Assembly: GCA_002296285.1 (NCBI GenBank)
Contig: DBHX01000022.1
Span: forward strand, 13,835 to 40,164
DNA from: a bacterium UBP8_UBA817
Lineage (GTDB): Bacteria > Margulisbacteria > Marinamargulisbacteria > UBA817
Length of the DNA: 26,330 bases
Reading direction: 5' to 3'
Part shown: piece by piece, positions 8,216 through 17,420 of the stretch
Layout of the letters: the number at the start of each line of letters is the position of its first letter
Numbering within the stretch: position 1 is the stretch's first letter
Position numbers and translations under genes: made by a program
The notes under the pieces: model-generated
Databases searched by the model: none
Seen by the model: only the letters and a program-made list of their open reading frames with translations
What the model was told of the DNA's origin: nothing

Positions 8216-9094
8216 ATGATAAAAACTGATGTTCACACACAATTTAATTTTGAAGACTTAAAGCTATTTAGACGAGGAAAAGTCAGAGACGTATTTGACT
8301 TTGGTGAATACTTATTAATCGTTTCTTCAGACCGTGTTTCAGCGTTTGATGAAGTCATTGAGAGAGGGATCCCAAATAAGGGGCGAGTATTAACAGAAAT
8401 CAGTAAATTCTGGTTCAATAAATTGGGGTATAAAAATCACATGGTATCAACCAATGTGAATGATTATCCTGAAGAAACAAAGCCATACCATTCAATCATT
8501 GATGGTCGAAGCATGTTGGTAAAAAAAACAGAATTGATTCCAATTGAATGTGTAGTTAGAGGATATATTATTGGATCAGGCTGGAAAGACTATCAGAAAA
8601 CTGGACAAGTATGTGGCCATCAATTGCCAGACGGCTTGCAATTAGCTCAAAAATTAGAACAACCCATATTTACACCGGCATCCAAATCATTTGATGGTCA
8701 TGATGAAAACATAAGCGTTCAAGAAATGATAAATCAAATTGGACAAGAACAAACCGATAAATTAGAGGCGTTAAGTTTAGAAATATACAATACGGCATCT
8801 GAATTTGCGGCTACGAAAGGCATCATCATCGCTGATACAAAATTTGAATTTGGACTCTTAAATGGAGAAATTATCATTATTGATGAAATACTTACCCCAG
8901 ATTCATCGAGGTTTTGGTCCAAAGAAGCTTATCAAGTTGGCATTTCGCCACCGAGTTTCGATAAGCAAATTGTTCGTGACTATATTGAAACTACCGATTG
9001 GGATAGAAATTCTAGTATCCCTAATTTACCTGATGAAATTGTAGAAAAAACATCAGCTGAGTACCAAAAAATTGCCAATTTATTAACTCAATGA
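8216..9094 (+). CDS. purC: Phosphoribosylaminoimidazole-succinocarboxamide (SAICAR) synthase, long form
   Basis: GKVRDVFDFGEYLLIVSSDRVSAFD, ILTPDSSRFW and the conserved SAICAR synthetase fold. 292 aa. Confidence 0.9.
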   Translation: MIKTDVHTQFNFEDLKLFRRGKVRDVFDFGEYLLIVSSDRVSAFDEVIERGIPNKGRVLTEISKFWFNKLGYKNHMVSTNVNDYPEETKPYHSIIDGRSMLVKKTELIPIECVVRGYIIGSGWKDYQKTGQVCGHQLPDGLQLAQKLEQPIFTPASKSFDGHDENISVQEMINQIGQEQTDKLEALSLEIYNTASEFAATKGIIIADTKFEFGLLNGEIIIIDEILTPDSSRFWSKEAYQVGISPPSFDKQIVRDYIETTDWDRNSSIPNLPDEIVEKTSAEYQKIANLLTQ

Positions 9095-10311
9095 TTGATC
9101 TTGAATACATTATTAACAGTGTGGGCAATACTCCCACAGTGTCACTAAGTATTTATTTTATTATTATTATTATTTCTTCTATTGGAATGCATTATTTTAT
9201 TAAATACTTATTATTTAAATTAATTAGAGCATTAATTTCGAAGCAGTCGCCCAGTCTCTTAGAATCCATGGAGTCATTCAAGATTTTTAATACAGCCGCT
9301 TTGTTTATTCCATTATTGGTGATTCATGTAGGGTTAAAATATTTTCTTAATCCCGATCACTTAGATCGTCATTTATCTGCATTTATATTGAATTTAGTTA
9401 GTATTTTCATGATTATAGTGATACTTCTGTTTATTAATCGAATGCTGTCGTTTGTTTTGCACGAGCTCAATCGAAGATATGAATTAAATACAGCCCTTGT
9501 ACGAACCATTCATCAAGTGATTCGTATTTTTCTGACGATTTCAGGAGTCATCGCAATTATTAGTACAATATTGAATAAATCCCCTGTGATTATACTAAGT
9601 AGTTTGGGTGCACTTACGGCCATCATCTTGTTAGCATTTAAAGATTCTTTATTGGGTTTTGTTGCGAGTATTCAGGTGACATTATTAGGCGTTGTAAAAG
9701 AAGGGGACTGGATTGAAATGCCCAAATACAATGCCGATGGCACCATTTTAGACATCAATATTTCAAGTATCAGGGTCCAAAACTGGGATAAAACAATCAC
9801 AACCATCCCCACTTATGCATTGGTTTCAGATCCTGTAAAAAATTGGACCGGCATGGAAGTATCCCAAATTCGACGAATTAAACGCAGCATTCAAATTGAC
9901 ATCAATTCAATTAAGTTTTGCAACGAAGCCATGTTGAAAAATATGAAGAGTGTCAATTGTTTGAATAATTATTTGTCTTCAGCCATGTCAGAAATACAAG
10001 AATTTAATAATAATCAAGAAAATAACCATCAACCATTAAATATTCGTTCCATAACCAATATCGGATTGTTAAGACAGTACTTGGTTCAATACCTCGAAAA
10101 CCACCCACGAATAAGTAAAAATGCGACCTTATTGGTTCGACAACTTCAATCAGATGAAACTGGCGTTCCATTAGAAATTTATTGTTTTGCTACTACCACA
10201 GATTGGGTGGAATATGAAGACATACAATCTGATATATTTGATCATATATTCTCCTCAATTAAATGGTTTGAAATAGAAGTGCTTCAGTATCCAAATACGT
10301 TTAATCGTTAA
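9091..10311 (+). CDS. Mechanosensitive ion channel, MscS family
   Basis: N-terminal TM helices followed by the MscS beta-domain signature (GDWIEMPKYNADGTILDINISSIRVQNWDKTITTIPTYALVSDPVKNWT). ATGA overlap with the purC stop. Confidence 0.85.
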   Translation: MIDLEYIINSVGNTPTVSLSIYFIIIIISSIGMHYFIKYLLFKLIRALISKQSPSLLESMESFKIFNTAALFIPLLVIHVGLKYFLNPDHLDRHLSAFILNLVSIFMIIVILLFINRMLSFVLHELNRRYELNTALVRTIHQVIRIFLTISGVIAIISTILNKSPVIILSSLGALTAIILLAFKDSLLGFVASIQVTLLGVVKEGDWIEMPKYNADGTILDINISSIRVQNWDKTITTIPTYALVSDPVKNWTGMEVSQIRRIKRSIQIDINSIKFCNEAMLKNMKSVNCLNNYLSSAMSEIQEFNNNQENNHQPLNIRSITNIGLLRQYLVQYLENHPRISKNATLLVRQLQSDETGVPLEIYCFATTTDWVEYEDIQSDIFDHIFSSIKWFEIEVLQYPNTFNR

Positions 10312-10672
10312 CTAAAGTTAACAGTGTCGATTTTAATTCATCAATATCAAATGGTTTTGATAGTTTATGAGAGACATTGGGTAAATTAATCTTACAGTTT
10401 CCAGCCATTAAGGATTCCCCAGTAAGAAGCATTACTTTAATGTCTTTATTCATCGATTCCTGTTTTACCAAATTGGCAAATAAATAACCTGATAATTTTG
10501 GCATCCTTAAATCTAAGATAATGCCATCCACCCATTCAGTTTTAATAATGTCTAGCCCATCTTCTCCATTCGGTGCGAGCAGTACATTGTATCCTTCGCC
10601 GGTTAGTATAAAATCAACGGTTTCAAGTACGGACATATCATCATCAATAACCAATATTGTTTTAGGTACCAT
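10301..10672 (-). CDS. Single-domain response regulator (CheY-like receiver only)
   Basis: ILVIDDDMSVLETV...GIILDLRMPKLSGY...LSKPFD carries the DD acid pocket, the phospho-acceptor Asp in ILDLRMP and the conserved Lys. At 123 aa it has no output domain. Confidence 0.8.
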   Translation of the reverse strand: MVPKTILVIDDDMSVLETVDFILTGEGYNVLLAPNGEDGLDIIKTEWVDGIILDLRMPKLSGYLFANLVKQESMNKDIKVMLLTGESLMAGNCKINLPNVSHKLSKPFDIDELKSTLLTLVND

Positions 10673-10725
10673 AGCATATTAATTATATCATATTCAGTTA
10701 AAAGTTTATTATTAAGAACAAAAAT

Positions 10726-11865
10726 ATGTTTAATCTAGGCGTCCAATTAACGTATAATCTTGATATGAAAAAATCTTTTATTGATGCCTATGCAAAATTA
10801 TTAACGCACTATTGTGGTGATATTAATCCAGGGGATAAGGTTCTTATTCGTTCAACCTACTTGGCAGAACCGTTAATATTGGCGTGTCAAAGGGAAGTAT
10901 TATTGGCTGGTGGCGTGTGTGAATTTGATATTACGCTTCCTGGTGTAAAAAAACAAAGGCTTGATTTTTCAACAGATAAGCAATTGGCGCATCCCCCAAT
11001 ATTATATGCGCATGCGATGAATGAGTTTAATGTTATTGTGTCCATCAATGCTCCGTATGATCTTTTTGAATTGGATGGCATTGATGAAAAGAAATTAGCC
11101 CTTGTTCAATCATCAATTCGCCCCATTAAGAAAATAATGATGAATCGAGGGGCAACACGTGATCTGCGATGGGTATTGTGTAATTATCCAACCCAAAGCT
11201 TAGCAGATGCTGCAAATATGTCATTACAAGAATATACAAGGTTTATCATTAAGGGCTGTTTTTTAAATCAAGCTGATCCTAAAGAAGAATGGCAGTCACT
11301 ATCAAAAAAACAACAACATTGGGTCGATATTTTGAATCAAGGAAAAGTCATTCAGTTTCAGTCTGAAACTACGGATATTTCATTTAAAATTGATCAACGC
11401 ATTTGGATCAATTCAGATGGAAAAAGAAACATGCCATCAGGGGAGGTTTTTACATCCCCAATAGAAACCTCTGGAGAGGGTTATATTACCTTTGATGTTC
11501 CATCATTGTTATTTGGCAAAGTAATCAAGGGCTTAAGATTAGAAATTAAAAAAGGAAAGGTGGTTAAATGGGCCTGCGCCAATGGAAAAACATTGCTGGA
11601 TCGATTGTTTTCAATTAAAGGCGCAGATCGTGTGGGTGAAATTGCAATTGGAACAAATCCTTACATTTGTGAATCGACATTGAACACTCTTTTTGATGAA
11701 AAGATTGGAGGAACAATTCACATGGCCATTGGTGCATCCTATCCAGAAACAGGTGGAAGAAATGAGTCCAGTATTCACCATGACTTTATCACAAGATTTA
11801 ATACCAATGCCATGATTTTATTGGATGGAACACCAATTTATAAAAATGGTAGATTTATTGTTTAA
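10726..11865 (+). CDS. Aminopeptidase, peptidase family M29 (AmpS/PepS/aminopeptidase T-like)
   Basis: Global similarity to thermophilic metalloprotease M29 enzymes (FIDAYAKLLTHYCGDINPGDKVLIRS..., GEIAIGTNPY, SIHHDF). Confidence 0.8.
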   Translation: MFNLGVQLTYNLDMKKSFIDAYAKLLTHYCGDINPGDKVLIRSTYLAEPLILACQREVLLAGGVCEFDITLPGVKKQRLDFSTDKQLAHPPILYAHAMNEFNVIVSINAPYDLFELDGIDEKKLALVQSSIRPIKKIMMNRGATRDLRWVLCNYPTQSLADAANMSLQEYTRFIIKGCFLNQADPKEEWQSLSKKQQHWVDILNQGKVIQFQSETTDISFKIDQRIWINSDGKRNMPSGEVFTSPIETSGEGYITFDVPSLLFGKVIKGLRLEIKKGKVVKWACANGKTLLDRLFSIKGADRVGEIAIGTNPYICESTLNTLFDEKIGGTIHMAIGASYPETGGRNESSIHHDFITRFNTNAMILLDGTPIYKNGRFIV

Positions 11866-12001
11866 ATAAATCCATAACTGGGTATACATAATCATGAACA
11901 TGGGGGTAATCATGAATGCTGTTTATATCTATCCTGTAAAATGGATAAAAATTATGAATATAAATTTGTTTTTTACAAATTTAGGCTTTTAAATTAAAAA
12001 A

Positions 12002-12019
12002 GGGAGCCATATAGCTCCC
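12002..12019 (-). terminator. Intrinsic terminator hairpin GGGAGC-CATATA-GCTCCC. On the minus strand it is followed by a TTTTTTAATTT run. On the plus strand it is preceded by an A-tract and has no U-tract.
   Basis: Seen directly: aaattaaaaaaGGGAGCcatataGCTCCCaattaaaac. The strand assignment follows from the position of the T-run. Confidence 0.45.
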
Positions 12020-12187
12020 AATTAAAACCTTCCCCTAATAACTCCCACCGTATATATGAAATAACTATGCCAAAAATAAATTAAAAAAACACCAAAAAAA
12101 TTAATAATAATTTAAAAATATGCAAATAATACAAAATTAATTGCAAAATTTAATATCATGGTACTCCTGTATATTTCCATATAAACA

Positions 12188-12652
12188 TTGTACAGTAACA
12201 TTATGCACACCATTGTATTGATTGAACCAAAAATTCCACAAAATACCGGAACAATTGCACGGTTATGTGCAGCAACCAATTCCAAATTGATTTTGGTTGG
12301 TGAACTCGGGTTTTCCTTGGATGATAAATATTTGAAACGAGCTGGTTTGGACTATTGGGAACATGTCATATGGGAACATGAGCCCAATCTAGAATTATTT
12401 TTGGAACAGAAAAAAAATACGTTGCCCTATTTATTATCAAGCAAAGCCACTACATTGTATACAGACGTATCCTATTCAGCCAACCAGGCCATATGGTTTG
12501 GCAGTGAAACCGAAGGGTTATCTGAGCGCATCAAAGTCCTTCATAAGGATCGGTTGGTAACCATTCCCATGGCCAATAAACAGATTCGAAGTTTAAATTT
12601 AGCCAATTCAGTGAGTATCGTTTTATATGAGGCCATTCGACAAAATTCCTAA
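12188..12652 (+). CDS. trmL: tRNA (cytidine(34)-2'-O)-methyltransferase, SpoU/TrmH family (TrmL). The start is possibly the ATG at 12203 (MHTIVL...).
   Basis: IVLIEPKIPQNTGTIARLCAATNSKLILV ... LVTIPMANKQIRSLNLANSVSIVLYEA is the small SPOUT TrmL architecture. About 150 aa. Confidence 0.8.
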   Translation: MYSNIMHTIVLIEPKIPQNTGTIARLCAATNSKLILVGELGFSLDDKYLKRAGLDYWEHVIWEHEPNLELFLEQKKNTLPYLLSSKATTLYTDVSYSANQAIWFGSETEGLSERIKVLHKDRLVTIPMANKQIRSLNLANSVSIVLYEAIRQNS

Positions 12653-12685
12653 AGGTATTCAATTGAACATCGATAAGGAATTCAA

Positions 12686-14071
12686 ATGACATCGCCAATT
12701 AGACAAATTACCGTCATCCCAGGTGATGGCATTGGCCAGGAAGTTGTAGATGCGACGCTTCAGATCCTTGAAGCCGCATCTGCACCAATCTCATGGTCCA
12801 AATGCCGTGCAGGTGAAGCCTTATTTAAAGAAGGTGTTTCTACCGGCGTTCCAAATGATACATTGGAATCAATCAAACAAACAAAGATTGTGTTAAAAGG
12901 CCCATTAACAACCCCTGTAGGATATGGTGAACGCAGTGCCAATGTATTTTTAAGAAAAGCTTTTGGATTATTTGCAAATATTCGACCTGTGAAGCAATAC
13001 CCAAATATTCCCTCCATTTTTCGTGATATTCCCATTGACTTGGTTGTTATTAGAGAAAATATTGAGGATCTTTATGCGGGGATTGAATATTATCACCAAC
13101 CTGGAATTGCTCAATCGATCAAATTAATTAGTGAATATGGGTGTGATCATATCAATGCATTTGCCTATGAATATGCTAAATTAACCCATCGAAAAACACT
13201 GCATTGCGCAACCAAGGCGAATATTTTAAAAACAACAGAAGGAATGATGAAAAAATCCTTTGAACGATTGGCTGTTGAATATCCAAGCATTGATTCCAAA
13301 CACATTATTATAGATAATTGTGCGCATCAATTGGTGGTAAATCCAGCCCAGTTTGATATGATTGTCACAACAAATATGAATGGGGACATCATTAGTGATT
13401 TAACATCAGGATTGGTGGGGGGATTAGGTATTGCTCCATCGGCCAATATTGGAAGAGATGTGGCGATGTTTGAAGCTGTTCATGGCGCGGCCCCAGATAT
13501 TGCTGGCAAAAATAAAGCCAATCCAACGGCCATGATTTTATCGGCGGTTATGATGTGCCGATATTTGGGATTGGATGATCATGCCGATACCATTGAGAAT
13601 GCATTGGCCGTTACATTTGAATCGGGAAAGATGACAGGGGATTTAAATCCTAGTAATCCCTGTTCTACCTTGGAATTCACCGATGAGGTTATTAACAATT
13701 TAGGAAAAAAATCAAATGCGTTTAAGCCGTCCATATTTAAACCCATTGCCATGCCTGAAGTTATCCCACCAAAACTAAATAAAGGGATGTGTAAAGGGGT
13801 AGACATCATTATCATTTCAGATCAGACATACAGTGAAATTCAAACTCATTTAAACACAATTGCCAAAACCCATGATTTTTTGAAGGTCCGTTTATCGAAT
13901 CGAGGAAAAGAAATAATTGGAAATGATAAACAGCAAATCATTCCACAATGGTTTTGTCGGTTTGAATTAGACCATGGGGAATGTGATGATCAAAAAATAA
14001 CAAATTTGGTCAATGACGTGTCTCAAACATTTCATTGGGTTCAAGTCGAAAAACTATGTTCATTTAATTAG
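12686..14071 (+). CDS. NAD-type (IDH3/IMDH-like) isocitrate dehydrogenase family enzyme with a ~120-aa C-terminal extension
   Basis: Residues ~1-340 align throughout with mitochondrial-type NAD-IDH (ITVIPGDGIGQEV, KGPLTTP, LVVIRENIEDLYAGIEY, NGDIISDLTSGLVGGLGIAPSANIG, HGAAPDIAGKNKANPTA). The frame then stays open for ~120 more residues containing five Cys, to a stop at 14069-14071. Confidence 0.8.
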   Translation: MTSPIRQITVIPGDGIGQEVVDATLQILEAASAPISWSKCRAGEALFKEGVSTGVPNDTLESIKQTKIVLKGPLTTPVGYGERSANVFLRKAFGLFANIRPVKQYPNIPSIFRDIPIDLVVIRENIEDLYAGIEYYHQPGIAQSIKLISEYGCDHINAFAYEYAKLTHRKTLHCATKANILKTTEGMMKKSFERLAVEYPSIDSKHIIIDNCAHQLVVNPAQFDMIVTTNMNGDIISDLTSGLVGGLGIAPSANIGRDVAMFEAVHGAAPDIAGKNKANPTAMILSAVMMCRYLGLDDHADTIENALAVTFESGKMTGDLNPSNPCSTLEFTDEVINNLGKKSNAFKPSIFKPIAMPEVIPPKLNKGMCKGVDIIIISDQTYSEIQTHLNTIAKTHDFLKVRLSNRGKEIIGNDKQQIIPQWFCRFELDHGECDDQKITNLVNDVSQTFHWVQVEKLCSFN

Positions 14072-14081
14072 AGGAGGAAGT

Positions 14082-14837
14082 ATGAATTTGGATCAAGAAT
14101 TGGATCAGGCGGAGAATTTGCGTCTTTCAGGTGAATATGAGCATGCAAAAAGAAGTTATCATGCGATTATTGAGCAAGGGCACACTGACGATACGGCGCA
14201 TGTTCATGCACTTCGAGGACTAGCGGAAGTATATCGGATGCTTGAAAATTTTGAATCGTCTGAAGATCAGTATAAAAAAGCCATTGATGGGTATTTAAAA
14301 ATAAATCATGCCAAGGGGTTGGGATATGCCTATTTAGGATTAGGTCAATTAAATCGACATCAAAACAAAACGTCAGATGCCATGAATAATATTGAGACAG
14401 CGGCCAATTATTTTTTAGAGTGCAATGATCAATATGGGCAAGCGGATGCTCATATTGAAATGGGTCATTTGTATTTATTGGCCTTTAATTATGCGTTATC
14501 AAAGATTAAATTTAGTGAAGCCGATGAAATTTATACATCATTAAATGATACATGGGGGATTGCATCTGCAAAATTGGGGTTGGGTAAAGCGGTTTTGAAA
14601 GAACGTGAATACATTAACTCACAAAAAGAGTTGGGTTCTGCACTTGAGTTATTTACCTCGATTGGGGATAAATTGGGGCAAGCCAATGCCAATAAGGAAC
14701 TGGGAAACCTATTCAATGCGTTAAATAAAACAGATGATGCCAAAAACTATTTCAACCATGCACTAAGCTTATATGAAGCAATGAAAGAAACAGCAGAGGT
14801 TGAAAAGCTTCAACAACAATTAAACACACTTGATTAA
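14082..14837 (+). CDS. TPR-repeat protein. The ORF track starts at 14013, but a strong SD GAGGAGGaagtATG places the start at 14082.
   Basis: Repeated degenerate TPR-like helical repeats (AKGLGYAYLGLGQLN, GQADAHIEMGHLYL, GIASAKLGLGKAVL, GQANANKELGNLFN). Only 10 nt after the IDH stop, so coupled. Confidence 0.7.
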   Translation: MNLDQELDQAENLRLSGEYEHAKRSYHAIIEQGHTDDTAHVHALRGLAEVYRMLENFESSEDQYKKAIDGYLKINHAKGLGYAYLGLGQLNRHQNKTSDAMNNIETAANYFLECNDQYGQADAHIEMGHLYLLAFNYALSKIKFSEADEIYTSLNDTWGIASAKLGLGKAVLKEREYINSQKELGSALELFTSIGDKLGQANANKELGNLFNALNKTDDAKNYFNHALSLYEAMKETAEVEKLQQQLNTLD

Positions 14838-14862
14838 TAAATTAGAAAATACCAATGTTTAC

Positions 14863-16419
14863 TTATTTTTTATGAACATAATTCCGATCAAATTTGGTAT
14901 TGCCATCCTTTTTTAGAATATAGGTATGCATCATTCCTTTTCCCTTAACCTCGATTTCACCACGGTCTTCAATATTAAAATTTTGATCTTTAATTTTAAG
15001 ATAGGTGGCCTTTGAAATATGAACAATGCCTGGAATGCCATGAGATTCCATTCGAGAGGCTGTATTGACCGCATCACCCCAAAGATCGTAGGTAAATTTC
15101 TTTTTACCCATAACCCCAGCCACCACAGGACCAGTATGAAGCCCTATTCTTAAATCCAAGGCTTCTCCATACTCTTCATTAAACGATCGCAATTCATCGT
15201 ACATATCAAGTGCCATGTGGGCCATCTCGATGGCATGGTTTTTATACCGTCTCGGAGCACCTGACACCAACATTAAGGCATCCCCAATGGTTTTAATTTT
15301 TTCAATTTTATATTTGTCCAACAAATCATCAAACTTACTAAATAAAATATTTAGTTTATAAACCAACTCTTTGGGCGTATGCTTAGCAGAAAATACAGTG
15401 AACCCAACCAGGTCTGAAAATAATACCGTCACTTCGTCGTATCGATCGGCAATGGTTGCCTCTTTTTTCTTTAATCGATCCGCAATAGAAACGGGGAGAA
15501 TATTGAGTAGTAAGTGATCTGATTTTGCTTTTTCAGCCGCCAATTGAGCTGTTCGTTCCCGAACTTTGTCTTCCAGTGTTCGACTGTAATCCAATAGTTC
15601 TTCTTGCTGTAATCGAATTTTATCAACCATGTCATTAAATGATTCAGACAATAACCCCACTTCATCACGAGAAATGATCTCAACTTGAGTTGTGTAATTT
15701 CCTGTGGCCACGATTTCATTGGCTTTCATGAGGGATTTAATGGGCCGAATAATAATATTTGTAAATAAATAACCAATGATAACACCCAAGCAGATCACTA
15801 AAAATGTGATAATTGAGCTGATGATTTGATTTCTAAAAATGGCCTTTTCAATGACTTCTGTTGATACAACCACCAAGGAATAACCAATGACGTCCCCTTG
15901 ACCTGTTTGGGCCAGATCAGAAAAATACAGCAAATCAGCTTCATCCAACACCACATGTTCTTGACTAAGCACAGGAGATACTAAAAATATGGAGGGGTAT
16001 TTCAATTCTGGCATCACAAGGACATTGGTGCTAACACCATACTCAATTTCTGGAATGACGCCAGGCTTTGAGATTAACTTGCTTAACATCCTTAAATCAA
16101 ATTCCTCACGTTTTCCAACAGACAAAATAAACTTTTTAGGATTTAATACCGCTGAGAAAAGAACATTTTCATCTTTTTGAATATCCGCCAATAATTCAGA
16201 TAACATGTCTTTATTTGAAATGAGTACACCCAATTCAGCCGCGTCCGAAAGGTTCTTAACAATCGTTTCCGATTTTGTTTTCAGTGTTTCAAGATACAAA
16301 TCAGCCTGTTTTTGTAAGAAAAAACGGGTCAAAATAACCGATGTAATCACAATCAAGAGGGCAATGGCAATAACAAATTTAAAAAGCAATGAAAACTTAA
16401 CTTTTGTTTTTTCTGGCAT
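14863..16419 (-). CDS. Membrane-anchored class III adenylate cyclase with periplasmic sensor region, HAMP domain and C-terminal cyclase domain
   Basis: TM1 (LLFKFVIAIALLIVITSVIL), a ~160-aa periplasmic segment, TM2, HAMP (RPIKSLMKANEIVATGNY...LLSESFNDMVDKI), then a CHD domain (VTVLFSDLVGFT..., IEKIKTIGDALMLVSG, GLHTGPVVAGVMG, YDLWGDAVNTASRMES). The Lys in KIKTIGD suggests ATP rather than GTP specificity. Confidence 0.85.
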   Translation of the reverse strand: MPEKTKVKFSLLFKFVIAIALLIVITSVILTRFFLQKQADLYLETLKTKSETIVKNLSDAAELGVLISNKDMLSELLADIQKDENVLFSAVLNPKKFILSVGKREEFDLRMLSKLISKPGVIPEIEYGVSTNVLVMPELKYPSIFLVSPVLSQEHVVLDEADLLYFSDLAQTGQGDVIGYSLVVVSTEVIEKAIFRNQIISSIITFLVICLGVIIGYLFTNIIIRPIKSLMKANEIVATGNYTTQVEIISRDEVGLLSESFNDMVDKIRLQQEELLDYSRTLEDKVRERTAQLAAEKAKSDHLLLNILPVSIADRLKKKEATIADRYDEVTVLFSDLVGFTVFSAKHTPKELVYKLNILFSKFDDLLDKYKIEKIKTIGDALMLVSGAPRRYKNHAIEMAHMALDMYDELRSFNEEYGEALDLRIGLHTGPVVAGVMGKKKFTYDLWGDAVNTASRMESHGIPGIVHISKATYLKIKDQNFNIEDRGEIEVKGKGMMHTYILKKDGNTKFDRNYVHKK

Positions 16420-17342
16420 TATTGGTATCTAACGTCAGCCTTTTCTAAAATTTTTGGATCAATTCTAAATCGAAATTGTTTCATTACTTTTTCATTTACT
16501 GAATACCGAACTTCATCTGGAAACTCTACTGGCGTAATCATCGGGTTTTGACGCTTTTCAATCATGCGTTTGGCCATGGCGGCTGTTTTTTTACCAATAT
16601 GAACAGGATCTGGGTCCATGCTTACATAGGCACCCAGTTTGAGGTACGATTTGGATAACCCCATATACGGGACTTTGAATCGGTTTAATGATAGCAAAAT
16701 ATACTGCAACGATTTCTTTGAGTAAATTTTTTGATCAGCCGTTGACCATAGCAATTGAATTTGTTGTCGAAACAGTGTCTCCAGTTGCTTTTGAATCTGG
16801 TCTTTTGAGTAAACTTCTTGAGCCGCTAAACTGAAATTGTATTTTTCAGCAATGATTTTGGCTTTATCAATGACGTCTTGATCTAAATACGGTGTATAGA
16901 GCGTTCCAATTCGACGCATGTATGGAAAAATTTTTCTCAATGTTTTAAATTGGGTATCTAAAGGAATATCAAGTGCAACGCCCGTGGCATTTTTGCCAGG
17001 AAATTTGAGGTTTTTAACGAGTTCCGTTCGATCTGGTCGAAATACCATGGTAAAAAGAATGGGCTCACGTTTCATTTTGGTTTGAAGAAGTTTGGTGGCT
17101 TTGGTACCAACTGAAATGGTTAATTTGGCACGGTTTTTCTTTATTTCTTTTGCCAAACTTGAAATATTTTGACGATCAACCGAGACTTCTTTTAATTCAT
17201 ATGACTCAGACAATTCATCTTTAATGGTTTGAATTGCAACATTATACGCCGGCAAGTCTTGATGCTTAACAATGTATACCATCGGTTTTGCAAAACTTAG
17301 AAAATGACATAAACAAAGAATGGTAATGATTCGATATAACAT
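16419..17342 (-). CDS. Periplasmic substrate-binding protein of the 'ABC-type uncharacterized transport system' type (COG2984-like), signal-peptide bearing. Probable sensing partner of the downstream cyclase.
   Basis: N-terminal signal (ILCLCHFLSFA), ~300 aa PBP-like. Its TAA stop overlaps the cyclase ATG by one base (TAATG). No permease or ATPase genes are adjacent. Confidence 0.65.
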   Translation of the reverse strand: MLYRIITILCLCHFLSFAKPMVYIVKHQDLPAYNVAIQTIKDELSESYELKEVSVDRQNISSLAKEIKKNRAKLTISVGTKATKLLQTKMKREPILFTMVFRPDRTELVKNLKFPGKNATGVALDIPLDTQFKTLRKIFPYMRRIGTLYTPYLDQDVIDKAKIIAEKYNFSLAAQEVYSKDQIQKQLETLFRQQIQLLWSTADQKIYSKKSLQYILLSLNRFKVPYMGLSKSYLKLGAYVSMDPDPVHIGKKTAAMAKRMIEKRQNPMITPVEFPDEVRYSVNEKVMKQFRFRIDPKILEKADVRYQ

Positions 17343-17420
17343 GGATTTTCCCTTTCATTCATTCTACACAAATCGAAACTAAAATTGCGAAAATTCTTTG
17401 AATCACTTACACTATGACCT

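Noticed and set aside
11894-11992. 32-aa small ORF (MNMGVIMNAVYIYPVKWIKIMNINLFFTNLGF) just before the hairpin
   Set aside because: No SD, low-complexity AT-rich codons, and I recognise no protein family it could belong to. It could conceivably be a leader peptide, but nothing supports it.
12686-14071. Possibility that the IDH C-terminal extension is a separate gene fused by a sequencing error
   Set aside because: The frame is continuous with no internal stop or obvious restart signal (no SD/ATG pair at the junction), so as given it is a single ORF. It is kept as a finding instead.
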